Source of the DNA: Minisyncoccota bacterium | GTDB lineage: Bacteria > Patescibacteriota > Minisyncoccia > JAHIHE01 > JAGLIN01 | NCBI GenBank assembly: GCA_041661265.1 | Contig: JBAZUT010000001.1 | Location: 65,854-129,853, forward strand | DNA: 64,000 bases | Reading direction: 5' to 3' | Shown here: positions 17,246 through 27,109 of the stretch, in pieces | Position numbering within the stretch: the first letter of the stretch is position 1 | Layout of the letters: every line of letters starts with the position of its first letter | Program-made: the position numbers and the translations under genes | Notes under the pieces: generated by a model | The model's database searches: none | Told to the model about the DNA's origin: nothing | What the model saw: only the letters and a program-made list of their open reading frames with translations

Positions 17246-18853
17246 TCATCTTAATATAGAAACAAGTCCGACAAGCATGAACAAAGCTCCGAGAACTATA
17301 TCCCACAGGCGAGGATAGCTCCTTATCACAGATCCCTGATCGTTGATCTTGTCCAAAGAAACATATTGTCCCATCCCCCTGAAGAACCAGCCTTCGGCCA
17401 TGACCGATCTGCCGATCAGACCCTTTAACTTATTCAGCGCAAAAAACAAATTCCCGAGCACGCTCAAATTCGAATTATAATCAAGATAGATCAGCCCGCC
17501 ATTATCTTCGAACATCATATCTTCCCCAAGCACCGCGCCGGCATCTCCGCGCCCGACGACTTTTCCGCTAAGTTCTACTTTTTTTCCTCTCACGGGACAG
17601 GCATAGATATCCGACATAAGCTCCCGGATCGTCGTTTTTTCGGCCGCAAGGTTCGGAAATCTGTAGATCGCTTTTATGATCATCGCCGCGCCAAGAAGCA
17701 GGAATACGAAACCGACGCTTCCGCCGCTCACAAATGCCATGAACGTCCCCACGGCCGTTCCGATCTGCGGCAAAAAACTTATGCACAATCCGAGAAAAAA
17801 ATTATGATAAAGCCTGACCTTGTCGATCGGGATCGAGTTGACGGTGTTCCTGATATTGAAAGGGCCGCTCTTTCCCATGGCAAGCGAAAGCTCATTCAGC
17901 CTTTCGATCCTTTTTCCGGTCAAAGGATGGGTCGAACCCAGTTCCAGAATAAATGCCCAGGGACTTATAAAATCATATGCCATGACCTTGCAGATCATTT
18001 CCGGAGAATCCGAGAGATTGGCGACCAGCCCCAAACTCTTCACACTGTGCACATCGATTATCCCCAAAGCCCTGGTGCTTTCCATCAGCCGGTGCGATCT
18101 CTCGTCATCCTTTTTTGCAACGATCCCATAGGCGATCCTCACAAGGGACCATGAAAGGACCTCCGGCTTTCCGGTGGTCTTTGCCGAAAATTCATCGGCA
18201 TAATATTCGCGAAGCCTGCTGAGATACATAAGTATATAGGTACCGGCAACATAGAAAGCATAGGACATGACGGCGATGAACAGATACAGAATATTTCCCC
18301 TCTTCCTCGCAGACGGGCTTTTGGTTGTCGAGAATATCACATAGAATTCATAGAGTATCTGGAGAAAAGTGCTGGCGATGGTGATCACGACAAAATCGTA
18401 ATGAACTATGTGCCCCACCTCGTGCGCAAGCACCGCCTCGCGCTCATCCTGCTTGAGATACGTGAAAAGTCCTCTTGAAAAAATCATCCTCGCATTCCAG
18501 GGAAGAGAACCGTATGTGAACGCGGTTGGGTTGTCGTCCTCGATTATCCCCACTCTCGGAAAACGGATCTTGTTGTCCTTGCAGACCTTTTCAAGAAATG
18601 CCGCCGTTTCAGGATGATTGTTGTGAAGATCCCTATATTCATAGAATTTCATATGATAGAAGATCCTGAGCATCACATCGGTGATCGACGGACCCACGAG
18701 CCACATGATGATATTAAAAAAGATCGTCGCCAAGATCAAAAAAGGGATATTTATTTCCCCGAGAATATATGCTGCAGCCAAAAAGATCGTAAATACAAAA
18801 CCGGACAAGACACTCAATGTTATCAAACTCGCTTTTTTCAGATTTTTCAGCAT
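17246..18853 (-). CDS. Long-form M48/HtpX metalloprotease with a C-terminal extension
   Basis: PTAFTYG, EAVLAHEVGH, LSRLREYYAD, STHPLTGKRI; extra TM and OB-like tail. Confidence 0.88.
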   Translation of the reverse strand: MLKNLKKASLITLSVLSGFVFTIFLAAAYILGEINIPFLILATIFFNIIMWLVGPSITDVMLRIFYHMKFYEYRDLHNNHPETAAFLEKVCKDNKIRFPRVGIIEDDNPTAFTYGSLPWNARMIFSRGLFTYLKQDEREAVLAHEVGHIVHYDFVVITIASTFLQILYEFYVIFSTTKSPSARKRGNILYLFIAVMSYAFYVAGTYILMYLSRLREYYADEFSAKTTGKPEVLSWSLVRIAYGIVAKKDDERSHRLMESTRALGIIDVHSVKSLGLVANLSDSPEMICKVMAYDFISPWAFILELGSTHPLTGKRIERLNELSLAMGKSGPFNIRNTVNSIPIDKVRLYHNFFLGLCISFLPQIGTAVGTFMAFVSGGSVGFVFLLLGAAMIIKAIYRFPNLAAEKTTIRELMSDIYACPVRGKKVELSGKVVGRGDAGAVLGEDMMFEDNGGLIYLDYNSNLSVLGNLFFALNKLKGLIGRSVMAEGWFFRGMGQYVSLDKINDQGSVIRSYPRLWDIVLGALFMLVGLVSILR

Positions 18854-19095
18854 GAAGCTTAGATAAGTTAAGTTGATGAATCAAGCAACTTTCTTCTTTC
18901 CAATTCTATCCCAAACGAAAATCAAAAAATAAGATGTTATAAAACATTAAATCACCGTAAAAAAATCCTTCCCTAATCCAGCTTCATAAATTGTTTGATT
19001 GAATTTTTGCCGACCATAATTTTTAATTTTACATTGTCATTTTCCATTTTTGAGCCATAGGCTCATCAGCCTTGGGCTCGAGATTTTTTCATTTT

Positions 19096-20019
19096 TTATT
19101 TCCCTACCTCTCCGCCTTCTGCGGACCCGCCGGAGGCGGGCATCCCCATCAATGCCGCGATCCTCTCTTCGACCGGAGGATGGGTCATGAACATCTTGCT
19201 CACATTCTGGCCTTTGAATGGATTCGCGATATAGAGGTGCGCCGTGGCGCGATTCGCAACCTCGAGAGGCTCCTGATCGGCGGATATTTTCCGAAGCGCA
19301 TTGGCAAGTCCTTCCGGATAGCGTGTCAGAAGAGCTCCGTCAGCATCAGCAAGAAATTCTCTCTTTCTTGAAATTGCCAGCTGAATGAGCATCGCGAAAA
19401 AAGGAGCGATAATTGAAAGCAGGATCGCGATGATCATTATATACTCGCTGCCCTTGCCCCTGCTGTCCCTGTTTCTTCCTCCATACCAAGCCCAATGTCT
19501 GAAAGAATCCGCAAGAAGCGCAACGACTCCGACAAGCACAACGACAACAGTCGAAAGAAGGATGTCCCGGTTTCCTATATGGGAAAGTTCGTGTGCAAGC
19601 ACTCCTTCCAATTCAGACTTTTCCAATTTTTGAAGAAGTCCGGTCGTAACGGCGATCACGGCATGCTGAGGGTCCCGCCCTGTCGCAAAAGCGTTGGGCG
19701 CAGTGTCTTCAATGATATAGATCTTCGGAACCGGAAGACCGGCAGTGATGCAAAGATTTTCAACAAGATGATAAAGATCGCGCGCACTGTCGTGATCGAT
19801 CTCGTGCGCATTGCTCATCATGAGCACAAGTTTGTCGGAATACCAATAGCTTCCGACGCTCATAAGCATGCTGAAAATCACCGCAAACCAGAGGATCGCG
19901 CTGGAACCTATCGCTTCGGAAAAAACCCATCCGACTGCGATCACAAAAACAAGAAAAACAGTGATCAGGAAATAGGTGCTCCTTTTGTTGTTGTCTGCCT
20001 GTGTATATAGAGTTGGCAT
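19096..20019 (-). CDS. htpX: Protease HtpX (M48)
   Basis: PNAFATGRDP, ELEGVLAHELSH, AISRKREFLAD, THPP; downstream of lemA. Confidence 0.92.
   Translation of the reverse strand: MPTLYTQADNNKRSTYFLITVFLVFVIAVGWVFSEAIGSSAILWFAVIFSMLMSVGSYWYSDKLVLMMSNAHEIDHDSARDLYHLVENLCITAGLPVPKIYIIEDTAPNAFATGRDPQHAVIAVTTGLLQKLEKSELEGVLAHELSHIGNRDILLSTVVVVLVGVVALLADSFRHWAWYGGRNRDSRGKGSEYIMIIAILLSIIAPFFAMLIQLAISRKREFLADADGALLTRYPEGLANALRKISADQEPLEVANRATAHLYIANPFKGQNVSKMFMTHPPVEERIAALMGMPASGGSAEGGEVGK
19111..19140. repeat. Two abutting GC-rich mini-palindromes in the htpX 3' end
   Basis: TCCGC-CTTCT-GCGGA followed by CCCGCC-GGA-GGCGGG. Confidence 0.7.
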
Positions 20020-20089
20020 AGAGTTAACTTAACATTAAAAAACAGCTCTTTACCTTGATTATAGGGTAAATCAGAGCAAAAAGCCATCT

Positions 20090-20905
20090 TTATTCCATTT
20101 TTCCCGCACCAAGAGGATTGAATCCGTTTTTCACCTCGTTGCCATCGGAATAACCGTCGCCATCAGTGTCGGAGTCATCGGGATCGGTTTTATATTTCAA
20201 AGTTTCATCGCCATCGGAAAGCCCGTCGCCATCGCTATCCTTGATCATTTTATTTTCGAGGCAAAAATTCTTCAATTTATCATCAATAATTTCACTGCAT
20301 ATTTTCAGATCGCGCTCTACAAATGCCTTTCTGTAAAGAAATACCTCCTCGCATGTATTTAGAGCTTTTTCGGAATTCAAATTCACGCAATCTTCCGTTC
20401 TATTGTAGAGTATAAATATTTGTCCTATGCAATTCACATAATTCCCGCCATCAAGCGATTGGCATTTGCTGATCCTCCCCTCGCTACGCTTTTCCACAAT
20501 GACATTCATACATCCAATAATTTTTTCTTGGATCTGGATCTCTCCACAAATACCGCTATCCGCCCTGATAAAAGCGACGGACGCGATACATTCACTTCTA
20601 TCACCCCTTCCCAAACATGGGCCGATGGAGTTTATGCTGTGTTTTGCCGTTTCACGGAAAAATTCAATTTGCGCTTCGCTGAATTCCGGATGATCTCTCT
20701 TCAAATCCGCCAAAATATTCAAAATATCATTATCTTCGCTTATTATGTCCTCGACCTTCTTTTCTTCGGTTGTTTTTCCATTAGGATCCACTACATTCCC
20801 CGTATCTGGTTTTTTCCTCTTGAGTCCGAAAGAAAATATCAAAACAACAGCCAAGATCACTGCCAGAACCCCGACAATTATTATTTTTATTCTCTTACTG
20901 AACAT
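20090..20905 (-). CDS. Membrane-anchored Cys-rich repeat protein with C-terminal TSP3-like repeats
   Basis: Likely start MFSKRIK; regularly spaced Cys; DSDGDGLSD, DTDGDGYSDGNEVKNGFNPLG. Confidence 0.75.
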   Translation of the reverse strand: MFSKRIKIIIVGVLAVILAVVLIFSFGLKRKKPDTGNVVDPNGKTTEEKKVEDIISEDNDILNILADLKRDHPEFSEAQIEFFRETAKHSINSIGPCLGRGDRSECIASVAFIRADSGICGEIQIQEKIIGCMNVIVEKRSEGRISKCQSLDGGNYVNCIGQIFILYNRTEDCVNLNSEKALNTCEEVFLYRKAFVERDLKICSEIIDDKLKNFCLENKMIKDSDGDGLSDGDETLKYKTDPDDSDTDGDGYSDGNEVKNGFNPLGAGKME

Positions 20906-20913
20906 AAGGATGA

Positions 20914-22422
20914 TTATTTCCAGCATTGAAAATAGCCGGTTGTATGATTTATTCCTATGGCCCAATCTCTGGTACTTTGTCCCAATACACAATTACCCCC
21001 GCTATAACCAATGGATTCACTGAACACATATCCAGGAGGAAGCGATGAAGGACCACTGTTGGCGCCCCCACAGCACGCATCAGCTCCGCAACTTACCAAA
21101 TCGCAGCAGGCATAATCAAGAACATAGGTTGTGGCATTATTGCATTGACCATAATTACCATCGATTGGCGTTGGCGCATTAGCAGTGCACTCATTCCAGC
21201 CATTGCAAGTACAATTGCAACTTCGCTTTCCAGCAACCTCAATACCGGCGCAATGAAGAGGATAGCCTACACCAAGCACGGCCTGGCAATCCATGTCGGG
21301 AGTAACACCAGGCTCACAAACTTCAACCCCATTCACTATTCCATCACCGCAAAAAGTGGTATCCAGATTACAGCTGATCTTTCTCCAGCTGCCGTCCCCC
21401 ATCGGATCGCTGAATCCAAAAAGCACCATGACCAAATTCACAATAAGCCAGGCAACAAGAACAGCCACAAATCCAAGAACGGATTTGGAAATCACCAACT
21501 TAACAGCAGCCAATCCGCCCGATCCCCCAATGGAAGTTATGGACATCAGCATTCCGAGCACGATGAAAAGTATCGTGAATATGCCGACGATCCCGATGAG
21601 ATAATTTATTATATTATAGATCGTGGGAACAACGTGGCAAAGATTGCATGGCGCCGTTTCATTCCAGGGAGTCACGGGATCGTTCAAGACCCTTCCACAA
21701 GGAACCAAACCCCCTATTTTTCCCCGAGGCTCACAAGGTCCTGCGGTTGACGGCGGAGTTAGGGGCAAATTGCATGCACCACAAGAAACGCTACACAATT
21801 TAGGCAAAGGACAATTCGTCAGACCATCGCAAGCTTCCAAGCCTTCTATTATGCCATTTCCGCAACAAGCCGGATTTCCAAGACAATCCGAATCATCACA
21901 ATTAATAAACCCATCTCCATCATCGTCAGCCGGCAAACCTGGACTATCGTCACATATTTCAGAGGATGAACCGGTGATGTCATAAACGGCCGAATCACTC
22001 CCGGAATCTCCTCCCTGCGATGCGGTTATTGTGAAAGAAAAACTGTCTGCGGAAGTATAAGGCCCTCTGCAGGAAGTTACAGTGAATGGAATATTAACAA
22101 AACCTCCGGGAACAATTGCAGGAGTATTTAAAGGAAGAGTTTCAGTCCAGCTATCTTCTATACATGGAGCTGCTGGTAATGTTATCGTTAATGAAAAAAC
22201 TCTATCATCTACGCCGGCTACGCAAGGAGGATCATCGTCATTATTGGTCACGGTCAAAGTGTAACCCAATACGCTTTCTTCTGCTCCAAAGTTTAAAGCT
22301 GGATTAATAACAACAGTTGGATCTTCCGGCGCACACACTGCCCTTGCATTTTCAACATTTCCCAAAAAAAAGGCAAAAGCAAAAACAATGCACAACATCA
22401 ATTTGTTTCGCGCTTGAAACAT
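20914..22422 (-). CDS. Cys-rich surface protein with an internal VirB2-like pilin hairpin
   Basis: Signal peptide, Ig-like region, CGNGIIEGLEAC and CGDGIVNGVEVC repeats, GGLVPCGR..CNLCH followed by two TM segments. Confidence 0.75.
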   Translation of the reverse strand: MFQARNKLMLCIVFAFAFFLGNVENARAVCAPEDPTVVINPALNFGAEESVLGYTLTVTNNDDDPPCVAGVDDRVFSLTITLPAAPCIEDSWTETLPLNTPAIVPGGFVNIPFTVTSCRGPYTSADSFSFTITASQGGDSGSDSAVYDITGSSSEICDDSPGLPADDDGDGFINCDDSDCLGNPACCGNGIIEGLEACDGLTNCPLPKLCSVSCGACNLPLTPPSTAGPCEPRGKIGGLVPCGRVLNDPVTPWNETAPCNLCHVVPTIYNIINYLIGIVGIFTILFIVLGMLMSITSIGGSGGLAAVKLVISKSVLGFVAVLVAWLIVNLVMVLFGFSDPMGDGSWRKISCNLDTTFCGDGIVNGVEVCEPGVTPDMDCQAVLGVGYPLHCAGIEVAGKRSCNCTCNGWNECTANAPTPIDGNYGQCNNATTYVLDYACCDLVSCGADACCGGANSGPSSLPPGYVFSESIGYSGGNCVLGQSTRDWAIGINHTTGYFQCWK

Positions 22423-22488
22423 GTTTATACGTTTAGGCTGATAATGAATTATCCGCATCAGGCATCAGGCAGCTAGAGATCGTGTTCA

Positions 22489-23046
22489 TTAGAAACTGAC
22501 CTTTGGAGCTTCTTTCTGAGCCGCATCTTCGATCTGGAAGAATTCGCGTTTCTTGATCGCCATCATGCCCGCAATTACGCTGTCGGGGAAAACCATGATC
22601 TTGGTGTTCAGGTCGCGGACGTTGCCGTTATAGAACCTTCTCGAAGCCTGGATCTTGTTTTCCGTGTCGGAAAGCTCCTTCTGAAGTTCCAAAAAGTTCT
22701 GGTTCGCTTTCAGCTCGGGATAGCTCTCGGAAACCGCAAACAGGCTTTTCAACGTTCCGGCAAGCATATTTTCCGCCATTCCTTTCTGCTCGGGACCTTG
22801 CGCGCTCATGGCGCTCGCCCTGGCCTGGGTCACTTTCTCGAAAACATCTTTCTCGTGAGTTGCATAACCCTTTACCGTGTTGATAAGGTTCGGGATCAGA
22901 TCATATCTTCTTTTCAACTGGACATCAATATCGCTCCATGCCTCATCTGTCCTGACCTGAAGGGTCACAAACCCATTGTATATGCCTATAGCCCAAGTGA
23001 TCAGAATGATCACGGCAATAAGCAGAATCGTTAAAATCGCATCCAT
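22489..23046 (-). CDS. lemA: LemA family protein
   Basis: AWSDIDVQLKRRYDLIPNL, YPELKANQNF, ENKIQASRRFYN. Confidence 0.95.
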   Translation of the reverse strand: MDAILTILLIAVIILITWAIGIYNGFVTLQVRTDEAWSDIDVQLKRRYDLIPNLINTVKGYATHEKDVFEKVTQARASAMSAQGPEQKGMAENMLAGTLKSLFAVSESYPELKANQNFLELQKELSDTENKIQASRRFYNGNVRDLNTKIMVFPDSVIAGMMAIKKREFFQIEDAAQKEAPKVSF

Positions 23047-23141
23047 GTTTTTTTCTTAATTGTTAATATAAAAGCTGGATTATTTTATATGGCTAATTAT
23101 AACATAAAAATATATTTTTCACAAAACGTTTCCATGCACAT

Positions 23142-23173
23142 AAAAAGAGCCCCGAACCATTCGGGACTCTTTT
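23142..23173 (-). terminator. groEL terminator
   Basis: AAAAAGAG-CCCGAA-CCA-TTCGGG-A-CTCTTTT. Confidence 0.7.
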
Positions 23174-23190
23174 CTATTCAAACCGAAACA

Positions 23191-24876
23191 TTACATCCCC
23201 ATTCCCATGCCGCCCATTCCACCCATGCCGCCCGGCATTCCGCCATGCGCATGTTCTTTCTTTTCCGGAAGATCGGTGATCGCTACTTCCGTAGTAAGAA
23301 GCATCGCGGAGACCGAGATGGCATTCTCAAGAGCGGACCTTGTGACCTTCACCGGGTCGATTATCCCCTCTTTCACCATGTCGTCCACCATTTTATTCGA
23401 TACTGCGTTATAGCCGAGGTTCTTCAGCTTGGAATTTCTGACGAGATTCGCCACAACAGCGCCCTCTTCTTTTCCGGCATTCTGAACGATCTGGCGAAGC
23501 GGTTCTTCAAGCGCCCGAAGAAGGATCTTGAATCCCGCATTATATTCATCCTGCAGATCCAGACTGGATGCAGCAAACTTTCCTTCATCGAATTTCTTTT
23601 TGACGGCGACACCGGCTTTCACCAGAGCGGTTCCGCCTCCCGCAACTATACCCTCTTCAACAGCGGCTTTTGTTGCAGCCAAGGCGTCTTCAACTTTGTG
23701 TTTCTTGTATGTAAGCTCGGATTCAGTCGCAGCTCCGACCTTGAGGATCGCAACTCCTCCGGCAAGCTTGGCCAATCTTTCCTTAAGCTTTTCCTTGTCA
23801 AAATCGGAATCGGAAGCTTCTATTTCTTTTCTCAGTTGCGCAACTCTCTTTTCAATATCCTTCTTATCTCCCCGTCCGTCAACGATAGTCGTATTGTCTT
23901 TCGTGGAAACGACTTTCCTCGCTTTTCCAAGCATATCCAAAGTCGCAGTTTCAAGTTTCAATCCGAGGTCCTCGGTTATAACCTTGCCTCCTGTGACAGC
24001 TGCAAGATCAGCGAGCATTTCTTTCCTTCTGTCACCGAATCCCGGAGCTTTGATCGCCAAGGCGCTGAAAGTTCCGCGGAGCTTGTTGATGATCAAAGTC
24101 GTGAGAGCTTCTCCCTCGACTTCGTCAGCAATGATGACAACATCCTTTTTCCCGGTCTGGGTTATCTTTTCCAGGATCGGAAGGATCTCGTTCAATGTGG
24201 AAATTTTCTTGTCCGTGATCAAAATATACGGATCTGCCAGTTCTGATTGCATTTTTTCCGCATTGGTGATCATATAGGGAGAAATATAGCCTTTATCGAA
24301 CTGCATTCCCTCCACTATATCGCTGGACATACCGAAAGTCTGAGATTCTTCAACGGTTATAACTCCGTCATTTCCGACTTTTTCCATAATTTCAGCAATA
24401 ATGTTCCCAATCTCAACATCTTCCGCGGAGATCGTAGCGACCTGCGCCGTCTCGGCTTTGCTCTCGATCTTCTGTGAATTCGCGCGAAGCTCGGCCACAA
24501 CTTCTTTTCCGGCTTTTTCTATTCCATGTCTGATGCCGACCGGATTCACGCCCATAGCGACATATTTCAGACCTTCAGTGATGATGGCCTGGGTCAGGAC
24601 CGCAGAAGTCGTAGTTCCGTCTCCCGCAACATCATTCGTTTTGGAAGCGACTTCCTTCACCAGTTCCGCACCGATGTTCTCAAACTTATCCTCAAGCTCG
24701 ATTTCTTTCGCGATCGAAACTCCGTCATTCGTGATGGTCGGAGCTCCATAGCCTTTGTCCAGGATCGCATTTCTTCCTTTGGGGCCCAGCGTGATCTTCA
24801 CGGCATTGGCAACCTTGTCTATTCCCGCCTTAATGGCCTGCCTTGCCGATTCGTCGAATTTTATATCTTTTGCCAT
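23191..24876 (-). CDS. groEL: Chaperonin GroEL
   Basis: [26 protein letters not shown]-repeat tail. Confidence 0.99.
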   Translation of the reverse strand: MAKDIKFDESARQAIKAGIDKVANAVKITLGPKGRNAILDKGYGAPTITNDGVSIAKEIELEDKFENIGAELVKEVASKTNDVAGDGTTTSAVLTQAIITEGLKYVAMGVNPVGIRHGIEKAGKEVVAELRANSQKIESKAETAQVATISAEDVEIGNIIAEIMEKVGNDGVITVEESQTFGMSSDIVEGMQFDKGYISPYMITNAEKMQSELADPYILITDKKISTLNEILPILEKITQTGKKDVVIIADEVEGEALTTLIINKLRGTFSALAIKAPGFGDRRKEMLADLAAVTGGKVITEDLGLKLETATLDMLGKARKVVSTKDNTTIVDGRGDKKDIEKRVAQLRKEIEASDSDFDKEKLKERLAKLAGGVAILKVGAATESELTYKKHKVEDALAATKAAVEEGIVAGGGTALVKAGVAVKKKFDEGKFAASSLDLQDEYNAGFKILLRALEEPLRQIVQNAGKEEGAVVANLVRNSKLKNLGYNAVSNKMVDDMVKEGIIDPVKVTRSALENAISVSAMLLTTEVAITDLPEKKEHAHGGMPGGMGGMGGMGMGM

Positions 24877-24960
24877 AATATTTTCTTTTAATTATAAATG
24901 TTTTTTCTTCAAGCGAGTTGTTGCTGCTCAGGCGCTTGGGATGAACTGACGTCTAATTTA

Positions 24961-25070
24961 AAAATCAAATATCAAAAATCAAAATTTAATGTAAAATTAA
25001 AATATTTTACGGATAATTTTGTCTTTTTGATCTGTCATTTTGCACTTTGATTTTTCAATTTTGCACTTTT
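24961..25070. repeat. AT-rich imperfect palindrome built from 7-nt units between groES and groEL
   Basis: AAAATCA AATATCA AAAATCA ... TGTCATTTTGCACTTTGATTTTTCAATTTTGCA; related copy at 45787-45896. Confidence 0.75.
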
Positions 25071-25124
25071 GTGTCAAAACACCTTTCGCCGCACATCACA
25101 ATCCTGATTGGCATAATTTACTCA

Positions 25125-25421
25125 CTATTTTCCTTCAACGATCGCCATAATGTCTTCGTCCGAAACGACAAGATATTCTTTGCCGTCGATCTTGATCTCC
25201 GTCGGGCTGTATTTTGAAAAAAGCACAGTGTCACCGACTTTGACATCCATCGGGATCCGCTTTCCGGCATCGTCAATTTTTCCCGGACCGACAGCGAGAA
25301 CTTTCCCCTGTTCCGGCTTGTCCTTGTCAACCGTATCGGGAATTATGATCCCGCTTTTTGTTTTTTCTTCTTTGGAAACAGCTTCCAGGATGATCTTGTT
25401 TCCGAGAGGTTTCAGCTTCAT
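25125..25421 (-). CDS. groES: Co-chaperonin GroES
   Basis: MKLKPLGNKI..TKSGIIIPD..AVGPG..VKVGDTVLF. Confidence 0.97.
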   Translation of the reverse strand: MKLKPLGNKIILEAVSKEEKTKSGIIIPDTVDKDKPEQGKVLAVGPGKIDDAGKRIPMDVKVGDTVLFSKYSPTEIKIDGKEYLVVSDEDIMAIVEGK

Positions 25422-25523
25422 ATGACTTTCCTTTCCGCACCTGCTTTTCGGCAGACGCATTAACTTGTTAATTGGGCTCTGATCAGGCTTTATTAAATTT
25501 TACCTCGAATCTTCCGAACGATT

Positions 25524-25550
25524 TTGGCACTCTCTCTGTTTGAGTGCTAA
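25524..25550 (-). promoter_or_regulatory. CIRCE operator (HrcA binding site)
   Basis: TTAGCACTC-N9-GAGTGCCAA upstream of groES. Confidence 0.95.
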
Positions 25551-25554
25551 TACC

Positions 25555-25582
25555 ATTCTATTCGTTTTTCAGCGGGTGTCAA
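25555..25582 (-). promoter_or_regulatory. Sigma70-type promoter of groESL
   Basis: TTGACA-16 nt-TAGAAT directly before CIRCE. Confidence 0.8.
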
Positions 25583-25672
25583 GAGGACAGCCCATTAGCT
25601 TTTTAGGTTGTAGCTTTTTAGATGTTATCGGAATTAAACCATTAAAAAAAGATGCGAATAATGCATCCTAAG

Positions 25673-25714
25673 AAGCTATTGATTCAATCCCGAATCTTTT
25701 TGTTCTGCAAATTC
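25673..25714 (-). pseudogene. Remnant 3' end of the nucleotidyltransferase gene (copy of 29255-29296)
   Basis: 37/42 nt identical; reads EFAEQKDSGLNQ* versus EFAGQKDSGLNK*. Confidence 0.85.
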
Positions 25715-25845
25715 CGAAAGCTTTTTTCGTTCCCGATTTCAATTCGGGAATTTTTCTAAATTCACAAAAATATTTGCGAACTTGGAAAATTGGAAGGAGT
25801 GCTTGGTCGTGCGGACTTTACACTCCTGTCTTTTTTACCATGTTT

Positions 25846-26394
25846 CTATTTAAACATAGTATTCATTTGGGCGATCATATCAACCGCCCCCATTTTTTCT
25901 TCTTTGATTTTCGTCTCTTTTCCTTTTCCTTCCTTCTTATACGAAATTGTTTGTCCATTAACATCTCGTTCATCCACGAACTGAGATGCTATGTTCTGTG
26001 CCCAGCCGAACGGCGCCGAGACAAGAACCCAAGTTTCTCCGCCAGAGCCTCCGCCAGTGGAAACTTCGGAAAGTTTTCTGACTTCCGATCCAAACTCCAC
26101 ATGAAAGCTTGGCCAGCGCTTGGCTCCGCAGCCCGGACTATACTGCTCGACAAGCACCAATTCCATTTGAGGATTTTCCTCGCAGGGGATCAATACGACT
26201 CCCTCATTGGTGATAACAATGTAGATTTTATCCAAATTGCCATCCGATGCAGGAGTGCTCGCAATAAGTCCCGTATCATGACGTGTCATTCCCGACTGTG
26301 GACTGAATGGTACTTGTCCGTCAGCGACACCAATACCCTTGCTGACACTGTTTCCGCGAAGTGTCAAGGCGATATGGGGAGTTTTCATAACCAT
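25846..26394 (-). CDS. Hypothetical protein (accessory segment)
   Basis: 182-aa ORF overlapping the stop of the upstream gene. Confidence 0.7.
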   Translation of the reverse strand: MVMKTPHIALTLRGNSVSKGIGVADGQVPFSPQSGMTRHDTGLIASTPASDGNLDKIYIVITNEGVVLIPCEENPQMELVLVEQYSPGCGAKRWPSFHVEFGSEVRKLSEVSTGGGSGGETWVLVSAPFGWAQNIASQFVDERDVNGQTISYKKEGKGKETKIKEEKMGAVDMIAQMNTMFK

Positions 26395-27047
26395 TCCCCG
26401 CCGCCATTTTCAACTATCACCAGTGCCAGTCGAGCCTTGCGTCTTTCCGGCGTTTCAACAACCCATTCTTTTCCGGTCCACATATACCACGTGGATGAGT
26501 ACTTAGAATTAAGCCGGAAAATTGCGCCCGGTGAAAGAATCGCAAGAACCTCTTCGCCATGGTTCGTCCGGCCAGCCTGCCCGAAAGCAATCGTGCCGGA
26601 AATAATCGTTTCCACTCCTTGGGCATCATGGATACCATATGACCGACAACGATCATACGACCCCACGGCGTTGATTACCGCCAGGCAACGATCCTCGTCG
26701 TTCCAGTCTCCACGAACAAGGACGATTCCCGTGTCTGTCTTCTTGGCGCGAACCTCGGAACCATTACCAATAATGGGAATAATTCCTTCGTTTCGTCCGC
26801 GACCACTTTCGCCAATAACAATGCTATCACGAGATCTTATAATCCCTGCTTTCGGGTGATATGTTTCCCACACAGTCCCCTTTTTCTCGTAGGGCGCCCA
26901 TAGCTCCCCGCACTCCTTACATGGTCCGGGATTATTCTCTCCAGGATCGATGAAAGTTATATCGCTTTTTCCTTTATTAGGACAAGGGACATCCATTTCC
27001 ATCATTACCGGATTATCTCCCGGCGAAGATATTGTGTACAATTTCAT
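26385..27047 (-). CDS. Hypothetical protein with a CxxC motif (accessory segment)
   Basis: GAGGTG RBS before MKLYTIS; CP..CKECG. Confidence 0.75.
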   Translation of the reverse strand: MKLYTISSPGDNPVMMEMDVPCPNKGKSDITFIDPGENNPGPCKECGELWAPYEKKGTVWETYHPKAGIIRSRDSIVIGESGRGRNEGIIPIIGNGSEVRAKKTDTGIVLVRGDWNDEDRCLAVINAVGSYDRCRSYGIHDAQGVETIISGTIAFGQAGRTNHGEEVLAILSPGAIFRLNSKYSSTWYMWTGKEWVVETPERRKARLALVIVENGGGEWL

Positions 27048-27109
27048 TTTATTCACCTCTTCTCTTTGTGCTCGAAAGACTAATTTTTCTATGAGCTTTA
27101 AACTCCGCA

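Noticed and set aside
23089-24246. 385-aa plus-strand ORF
   Set aside because: Antisense shadow of groEL; no RBS or recognisable motifs.
25774-26859. 361-aa plus-strand ORF
   Set aside because: Antisense to two minus-strand genes that sit in an RBS-supported operon; Ser/Arg-rich shadow composition.
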